From Eledone cirrhosa (Eukaryota): a stretch of DNA of 64,000 nt. The translations under genes and the position numbers were made by a program. The number at the start of each line of letters is the position of its first letter. The first letter of the stretch is position 1. Location of the stretch: contig OZ024744.1 of the NCBI GenBank assembly GCA_964016885.1, forward strand, positions 24,924,001 to 24,988,000, given 5' to 3'. Under the pieces are notes generated by a model, which saw nothing but the letters and a program-made list of their open reading frames with translations, was not told the origin of the DNA and searched no databases. Shown piece by piece: positions 57,359 through 64,000 of this stretch.

Positions 57359-58777
57359 ATATATTTATATATATACATATATATACACATAACACAACAT
57401 AATAGAAGTATGTCTATGTCCTACTTCTGAAGTATGAAATCTGATTGTCATCGTCTGTTTGTCACTGCTTCACCATTATGACTGTAACAGTAATACACCA
57501 CCACTACCTCACCCCATCCTCTACCACCACCACCACCACCACTACCACCACCACTACCACCACAACTACTACCACCACTACCACCAACAACACTACCCCT
57601 ACCACCACAACTACTACCACCACCACCACCAACGACACCACCACCACCACCAACACCACCACAACTACCACCACAACCACCACCGCCACCACTACCACCG
57701 CCACCACCACTATCACCCCTTCCCTTGTCTATTTCATCATCTTCATCCACTCATACAACCCGTTCACACACATACAAACACATATACAAACACACACACA
57801 AACACACACATGCACACACTTATTTATTACTCTTTCTGAACATATTCCTTCTCTTCCTCCTTATCCTTCTCACCTCCACCTACTCCACCTTCCTATGACC
57901 CCCCCCCCCTTCTGATCCCCTTCGTCTTAATGGTGAACACCCTTCGGTTTCTCTTCTCTACTTCTCTACCAACGCCAACAGTCTACGCCGGCAGGGTACC
58001 TTTAAATGGTCATTTGAAATGCAAGAAAAAGCAGCCAACAAAATCTCTCTTATATCAACGAAAAGGCGTGTTAGATATCGATGTCTTACACACCTAAAAA
58101 TGTGGTGACCCCAGCCGAAACAACTTAACTTGTAAGATTGTTTTTATTTTGTGAGGGTTATCAACTCCCTAAACCACACGCATTAGTTGATTATATCAGT
58201 TATCAATCAATAAAGACATCAATAAAGGAAGTTAACTGTCACCAGATTATATCGATTTCAACATACGTCAATGCATATCATTCTTTTTAGGATTCTCTGG
58301 TATAATTTGAGGGTGATTTTGTTGCTATTTCTAGCAAGCTGAGTGTTCACATAGCTGACTAGTGTCGTGACAAACAAAATTTCTACAGTCGTTTACTAGC
58401 TTCTTTTCGTTTTCTGACCAAATTCCCCTTGTCATTTCTCTCTTTGTGGTTGATAAAATAAATTAATACAATCTTCGATTAACGATTCAAGCAAGTATAC
58501 GTCTTTCCGATAAAGTTATGTAATATTTCACCATTATTTTTTTCTAACAAACGTTGGATGGTCAAACCAGTGCAGCGGAAAATACCGATTAATATTTAGC
58601 TAGTCCATTTTAAAGTTCTCAGTTCAAACATGCCGGCGTTCACTTTTATGATGATCATCTTTCTTGGGTCAATAGAATAAGTATCAATAAAAAAAATAGA
58701 CTCCTTAACCCTTTACCAACATGTGACTCGTAAACAGTCTATATTGTTATACAAACTGAAATGTCCAGATCCTAATA

Positions 58778-58967
58778 ATTGTTTCTACTTTTGGCACAAG
58801 GCCAGCAATTATCCTAGTGTATTACTGGTAGTTTATTTTATCGACCCTGTAAGGATGAAAGGCAAAGTTAACCTCGGCGGGATTTGAACTCAGACCATAA
58901 AGGGCCGTAACTCTTTGCTATAAAGCATGGCGTCAGACCCTCTACCGATACTGTCAATCCACCGCCT
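58778..58967 (-). mobile_element. SINE family 2, full length
   Basis: Matches the other copies. Confidence 0.9.
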
Positions 58968-59387
58968 TTCCAATCTCTTCCTCATACACGAACGTTTTTG
59001 TTTTGATTTTTCTTAACAGTGAATTTCATTGCAGTCAGATGTTTGCCTATCATAGTGGTTACCAAACTTATTTTGGTACGGAACTATTATTGTGATATTT
59101 TGCAAAACACAGAACCCATACCTATGTTTTACCAACAATTCCCACCATTTTAATAAAACATCAAATAAAACAACAATTGTTTTATAGAGAATATATTCAT
59201 TTGTAAAGCAAACATAATAAATTCTTATGTCGTGAAACACTAGAATGTTTTGGGGAAATCCTGAAATGGTTTCGTGTAAAAAAAACTATGAGAATTTGTG
59301 ATAATGAGAGTTGAAAATATATTTGTGTATCAATCTGTACGTATGTATGAGTTTCTCATCGTTAATCTCTCTTTCCAAATTCCACAG

Positions 59388-59526
59388 GACGAAAAAAATA
59401 CAAAAGGTACAAACACGATTCTTACCAGAGCTTCTTTAAATTAATCCCGGCTTAATGAAATTTGACAATTTGCCGCTTTCGGCAAGCATTTTGACGAAAA
59501 GAATGTCTATCAAATTTGAAGACAAG
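59388..59526 (+). other. Candidate exon, possibly carrying a start codon (ATG 59455 or 59503; ...MSIKFEDK)
   Basis: Acceptor TCTCTCTTTCCAAATTCCACAG|G and consensus donor AAG|GTAAGT lie 139 nt apart in unique sequence. No homology is recognised. Confidence 0.3.
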
Positions 59527-59748
59527 GTAAGTGTGTTTGCCACAAATTTATTTCCTGTACCTTTATCATCTAATAAACTGACCAGGCGGCGACGCTTATA
59601 GCCTCTTATGAGCTCTCAGTAGTTCACATTAGATATTTACTTCAAACGAAATGGCCCAATACACAGTAGGATGTTCACAGCTCCACTTCATATATAGTTG
59701 ATCTCTAATGAGAGAGGAGGAGAACGAGAGAAAATATAGATAGAGAAA

Positions 59749-59799
<51 letters not shown>

Positions 59800-60124
59800 A
59801 AAGTGGTAGAGTAGTGAAATGAGGAAATGGGTATGGTGAGGGGGTGGTTACCAGTTAGTTACCTCTGTCTTCGAAGCTGCCAGTGAGAAACGACACAGGT
59901 TATAAAGACCTAAGGAGTCTGTTATTGACTCACTGAGATGTTTCAGCTTTGGCACCTAATTAGACAGGATTTACCAATAATTTCTCGCAATAAGTGTCAC
60001 AGAACTGTTAGAGTTTGAAGATATAAATCACAGATTCACCAAGATGTTTCCTTACACTATTCGGTTTTATTTTTTATTTTTATTTCATTTTTTCCCTTCC
60101 TCTCTCATCTATTCCTCTCTCTCA

Positions 60125-60882
60125 CACACTACCATAACAACCACCACTGCCATCACACCACCACAATAACCAGCACTACCACCACACCATCACACACCAC
60201 CACAACTTCCATAACAACCACCATTACCGTCACACCACCACCACCACAACTAACATAACAACCACCATTACCATCACACGACTACAACCACCGCCACAAC
60301 AACAACCAGCAGCACTACCATCACACCACTACCACACACCACTGCACACCACGACAACAACCACCAGCACTGCCACCTACACCACAACCACCACAAACAA
60401 AAACCACCACAAGCCTCACCACCACCACCACGGTCGTCGCTCTCCTCGCTAACGTTGTCACCACTAACACCACCACTGCTACCACCGCTACCACCAGTAA
60501 AACAGGCAACAACAGCACCAACATCAACAACACTACCAACACCACCACCACCAACAGCACCAACACCACCAACAACAACAGTACCAACATCAACAATACC
60601 ATCGCTACCAGCAATAACAACAACGACACAACAACAACAACAACAACAACACCAGCACCACACCCACCACCACCACTACCAACACCCCCATGACCACAAC
60701 AACAACAACAACACCACCACCACCACAACAACAACAACACCACAACTACCACCACCACAACAACAACACCACTACCACAACAACAACAACAACACTACTA
60801 CCCCCACCCCCACCACCACTACTACCACAACAACAACACTACCACCACCACCACCAACACCGCCACTACAACAACAACACCA
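60125..60882. repeat. Degenerate (CAC/CAA)n low-complexity tract
   Basis: Composition and periodicity. Confidence 0.9.
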
Positions 60883-61210
60883 GATATTAATTCCAAATCA
60901 GAACAAACAAGTTAACTCCGAGAAAACTTGTACAGAAATCATATCAAATTATTTCTAGCCGTTCATACTACTAACAATAAATATTGAGAAATCAGAGATC
61001 AGAGATCGATTTCTGGAAACTTGGAAGGCACGGTATATGTATATATGTATAAATGTATGTATGTAGACACGTAGTTATATATATGTGTGTATACATGTAG
61101 GCATCTATGTATGTATAAATGTATGTAGTATGTATGACTATGTATGTATGTATATATGTATATATATATATGTATGTATATATGTATGTAAGTATGTATA
61201 TATGTTTGTA

Positions 61211-61800
61211 TAAGGTTTCTTGGTGAGGAGGGTGACTTTGGACATCCTGCAGGACTAAAAACAAAACCTGTCAAAGGGCAAAGAAGCTCTTAAGAGTCAA
61301 TAACCATCCAAAATCACCGGTAAGTGTGTTTGCCACAAATTTATTTCCTGTACTTTTATCATCTAATAAACTGACCAGGCGGCGACGCTTATAGCCTCTT
61401 ATGAGCTCTAGCCTTTGTCAAGGCAGAATTCTAGAAAGAAAACTCTGATATAACACCTGCAACCCTGATGGTATCCAATGATGTTGACTTGTTCTTCTTT
61501 TTGGTAAATATCATCTTGGTTAGGAGAGTGGGACTGGCTTTGTGCAGTGCCTTTGCTCACTATAAAAGCTTCATGGCACAGGCATTGCTTTATATCTGGA
61601 GATCTCTCTGCACTTGTCCTCACATGGTACCATGGGCCCAGCACTATGTGTCAATAATTGTCACAAGTGTAGTGTTTGTACCAGAGTTTTCAAGTCGCTG
61701 GCTGGACTAAAAGTCACACTCGTTCAGCGCATCGGTAGGGGTTCTCCCACATGGATATAAAGTAGTGGCCGCACTCGAAAACGAGTTGGCAGCCACCATG
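61211..61800 (+). mobile_element. RTE-derived element subfamily 1 carrying a 91-bp insertion copied from 59526-59616
   Basis: Reverse complement of 10837-11353 apart from the insert at 61319-61409; TA/TATG repeats on both sides. Confidence 0.9.
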
Positions 61801-61841
61801 CGTGTATATATGTATGTATATATGTATATGTATATATGTAT

Positions 61842-61910
<69 letters not shown>

Positions 61911-62223
61911 ACATATATATCTATATGTATATGTGCGTATGAATACGTTCAACTCTAATATTTTTCATTCGAATCCTGGACTAAACAGTGTGTTTTCTTC
62001 TTCAGCAAAACACCTGATATCAAAGTGTTGTAATTTGCTTGAAACATTGTGGAATAAGAAATAGAAATTTAAATAAGTTCGGAATTTGGAAGCCCGACAA
62101 TGCGTTCGAAATTAAAAGGTTTCAAGTAAAAGGACTGATAAGAGTGACAACGGTAACATTTTACCTCAGCAATTTTATTGATCTCAAATATTTTTGGATT
62201 TACCATCCATTATCAAGAGAATT

Positions 62224-62405
62224 GTATTGGTAGTATCGGTAAAGAGTCGGACGCCATGCTTTGACGCATAGAGTTACGGCCCTTGCCATTCTGAGTTCAA
62301 ATCCCACCGAGGTTAACTTTGCCTTTCATCCTTACGGGGTCGATAAAATAAAGTACCATAATGCACTGGGTAATTGCTGGCCTTGTGCCTAAAGTAGAAA
62401 AAATT
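62224..62405 (+). mobile_element. SINE family 2 (another diverged copy at ~62990-63113)
   Basis: TGGTAGTATCGG A box, GAGTTCAAATCC B box, conserved core. Confidence 0.9.
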
Positions 62406-63257
62406 ATCAAGAGAATCCGTGTGTAGATGCTTAGGGGGCTATCGGGGAAGAGTTGTAGTAAGGAGCAGCAATAACTGGGAGTAATCGTAAGGTGGTCTTA
62501 TCATCTTGTTTGTACGTTCTGTCAATCAAGGCCAAGGAAACCATTATAATCTTCTTTCGCCTTTGTGACAGACATTAACCGCTACTTTTAATGTAGCAAA
62601 GGCAGAAGAATCTAAACTAGCCGTGGCGAGAATACCGCAAAATCGGGAAAACTGCAGCCCGCCTGTGGAAGCAGCCCCGTGAGGAATGGTGGCTGTTACA
62701 GCGGGTCTCTCTGGGTCTCATATCATTCTCCGCGGCAATGGGGTGCAGCTGAGACACACAGAGTGGATTGTAATGTCTGTCACCCCCCCCCCCCCCCTTC
62801 TCTTTCTTTCCTTGCTTAATATCCTTTTCCCTTTTCTTCTTTTTCTTCTCTATCCTTTTCGTTTCCTATTGACATTAATATTCAAGAAATACAAAACAGT
62901 CTTTTATAACATAGAAAAGAAATATCTATTTAATCATTTTTACCTCTGAAAAAAAAAAAGGTTCAAAATGAAATTCATTCTTATAAAGTGGTAAATTGGC
63001 AGAATTGTCCGAGCGTCGGAGAAATTGCCTTTTAGTTACTGTACTTTACGTTCTGATTTCAAAACACACAAGGAGCTCAACTTTACCCCTTCAATCCTAT
63101 TGGGGGTCGATGTAATATTTCAAAAACATTCTTAGATGTGAATGAAATTAAGATAGAAAAAAAGATAGAGTAGGAAAAAGAAGCAGTTAATGTGGGAGAA
63201 GAAAAACTGGTCGAAAAATAGAAGGAAAGTGTGTAAAGCTTTATACTATCGCTTGTC

Positions 63258-63452
63258 TTAATCCTTTAGCATTTACATTACTTTATATATTATTACATTA
63301 TCACTGTAAAGGCTTTACTTCACATAATGATTTCATATAATATTGAATCTATGAGATTTCGATAGTATTTATTTTGCGAAAGATACCTTAACATAAGAAA
63401 GAGCTGAGAGAATTCTGGCCGGATATGGCCGGTTTAAATGTTAAAGGGTTAA
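63258..63452 (-). mobile_element. TTAA-flanked MITE, second copy in opposite orientation
   Basis: TTAA-TCCTTTAGCATTTAC...CTGGCCGGATATGGCCGGTTTAAATGTTAAAGGG-TTAA. Confidence 0.8.
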
Positions 63453-64000
63453 AGACGTTACTGCAGATCTTATTCTCAACCGTTATACAACAGACCTATG
63501 TTCAATTACATTCTAGTAATGACCATCCTGTCTGTTTATGTTATCTAAGAACATCTTGTGTTCAATGTGTCTATTTATTTTCTAAGGTGACGGGTTAGGA
63601 TTTAAGGGAGATTTAGTTGTTATTTCTAGTAGAATAACTGAGGACGTAAAGGTTTCTTTATCGGTCTTTTCGTAATTGCTATTTTTGTTTAGCTCTAAGG
63701 TTTCCTGATAAGGCAGACCTATGATAAAAGATACCCAAACGTTACCATCCCATCAGTTTATATCCATGCATCCCAGGACTACAATATTCCATGGTTTTTA
63801 TTTCTAAGACCATATGGTATGATTTAAGGGAGATAGTGTTGCTATTTCTAGCAGACCAGGTAGAGGCTCCGACGTAGGCTGATAGTTGTGGTCTTTCAAT
63901 GGTGTATTTTATTGTGCCGTGACAGTTATAGGTGACAATCATCTGCGGAGGTCATGTATCCATGTATGTATGGTGACACATACATATATACATATATACA

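Overview
Eukaryotic, AT-rich, extremely repeat-dense non-genic or intronic DNA. The SINE and LINE content points to an octopod cephalopod (inference from recalled repeat families). No confidently identifiable host gene is present, and nearly all long ORFs in the track are read-throughs of micro- or minisatellites. Supported content: (1) large satellite blocks (22-mer, pentamer, hexamer with a ~60-bp higher-order unit, multi-kb triplet arrays); (2) two tRNA-derived SINE families; (3) eight copies of a short RTE-derived non-autonomous retroelement embedded in (TACA)n/(TA)n; (4) two divergent L1/Tx1-clade LINE 3' fragments stacked in one (GATA)n tract; (5) RTE and R4/Dong-like ORF remnants; (6) two TTAA-flanked MITEs. 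The most notable signal is a set of minimal type I hammerhead ribozyme motifs of the Penelope-associated kind (10.7, 13.6, 15.6 and two at 43.6-43.8 kb, plus a decapitated one at 32.0 kb). They co-occur with six fold-back palindromes, five of which pivot on a pre-existing hairpin or (TA)n tract.
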